Shown here: one piece after another, positions 63,487 through 64,000 of the stretch | How the letters are laid out: each line of letters opens with the position of its first letter | Numbering within the stretch: position 1 is the first letter of the stretch | Assembly: GCA_963697895.1 (NCBI GenBank) | Contig: OY969100.1 | Span: 1,632,001-1,696,000, forward strand | Direction of reading: 5' to 3' | Length of the DNA stretch: 64,000 nt | Origin: an uncultured Methanomicrobiales archaeon | Lineage (GTDB): Archaea; Halobacteriota; Methanomicrobia; Methanomicrobiales; Methanospirillaceae | Notes under the pieces: model-generated | What the model was told of the DNA's origin: nothing | Seen by the model: only the letters and a program-made list of their open reading frames with translations | The model's database searches: none | Made by a program: the position numbers and the translations under genes

Positions 63487-63882
63487 ATGGCGTTCATGGT
63501 TGATGTATCGGTAATCTCAGGATCGCAGTCGGATGTTGCCGTGGCCGAACGGGTCTGCGAGATCTTATGTGAGCATGGAATCACGTATGACTGCCAGGTA
63601 TTATCGGCTCATCGCGAACCAGAGAAGCTGGATGAATACATCCGGATGAGCACCTGCCGGGTATATATTGCTATTGCAGGGCTTTCTGCGGCGCTCCCGG
63701 GGTTCATCGCGTCAAAGACCGACAAACCGGTGATCGGTATACCCGTGAGCGGGTCGTTGATGGGGATCGATGCCCTTCTCTCGATCGTGCAGATGCCGAG
63801 AGGAGTGCCCGTTGCATGCGTCGGTATAGACAATGGTGAAAATGCAGCATATCTTGCGATCCGGATACTGCGATTGCAATAA
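63487..63882 (+). CDS. purE: PurE (AIR carboxylase family)
   Basis: [28 protein letters not shown]. Confidence 0.94.
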   Translation: MAFMVDVSVISGSQSDVAVAERVCEILCEHGITYDCQVLSAHREPEKLDEYIRMSTCRVYIAIAGLSAALPGFIASKTDKPVIGIPVSGSLMGIDALLSIVQMPRGVPVACVGIDNGENAAYLAIRILRLQ

Positions 63883-63894
63883 TTTGAAATCTGA

Positions 63895-64000
63895 TTATCG
63901 CTTTTCCGGGCGTTTGTGGAATAAATCCGCCACCATCTTCATGGCGCAGAGATCCCCGCACATCGAACAGGTATCCAGCGATCCGTCCCGTTCATGGATC
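63895..64000 (-). CDS. thiC: Phosphomethylpyrimidine synthase ThiC, C-terminal end
   Basis: Manual translation IHERDGSLDTCSMCGDLCAMKMVADLFHKRPEKR*; C-terminal CSMCG..C Fe-S motif. Confidence 0.8.
   Translation of the reverse strand, partial: IHERDGSLDTCSMCGDLCAMKMVADLFHKRPEKR

Overview
Chromosomal core-genome region of a methanogenic archaeon, most likely Methanomicrobiales. Evidence is the gene set and order: tfrAB, archaeal ribC, TrpB2, rpl37e-lsm-PUA-sepF-ZPR1, class II lysS and PEGA surface proteins. It holds about 60 CDSs and one initiator tRNA-Met. I saw no CRISPR array, transposase, integrase or prophage. Content: hypF, an uncharacterised radical SAM/SPASM enzyme, purine/arginine/riboflavin/thiamine genes, acs plus an OFA-family MFS transporter, a redox cluster (~28-36 kb) and two ABC systems. 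Two small genes missed by the ORF track were found: a symporter accessory peptide and a desulforedoxin-like protein. Seven single-base frameshifts in six genes look like assembly errors, so fine sequence details need read-level confirmation. Best candidates for undescribed biology: a structured 5' leader on corA (possible archaeal Mg2+-responsive RNA), a Fur-box-like triple operator plus small ORF before acs, a YtfJ-YtfI-miniYtfJ triad, a YknWXYZ-like Yip1/COG1361/ABC module, an orphan m4C methyltransferase and the radical SAM enzyme. Product calls come from motif recognition only; no searches were run.
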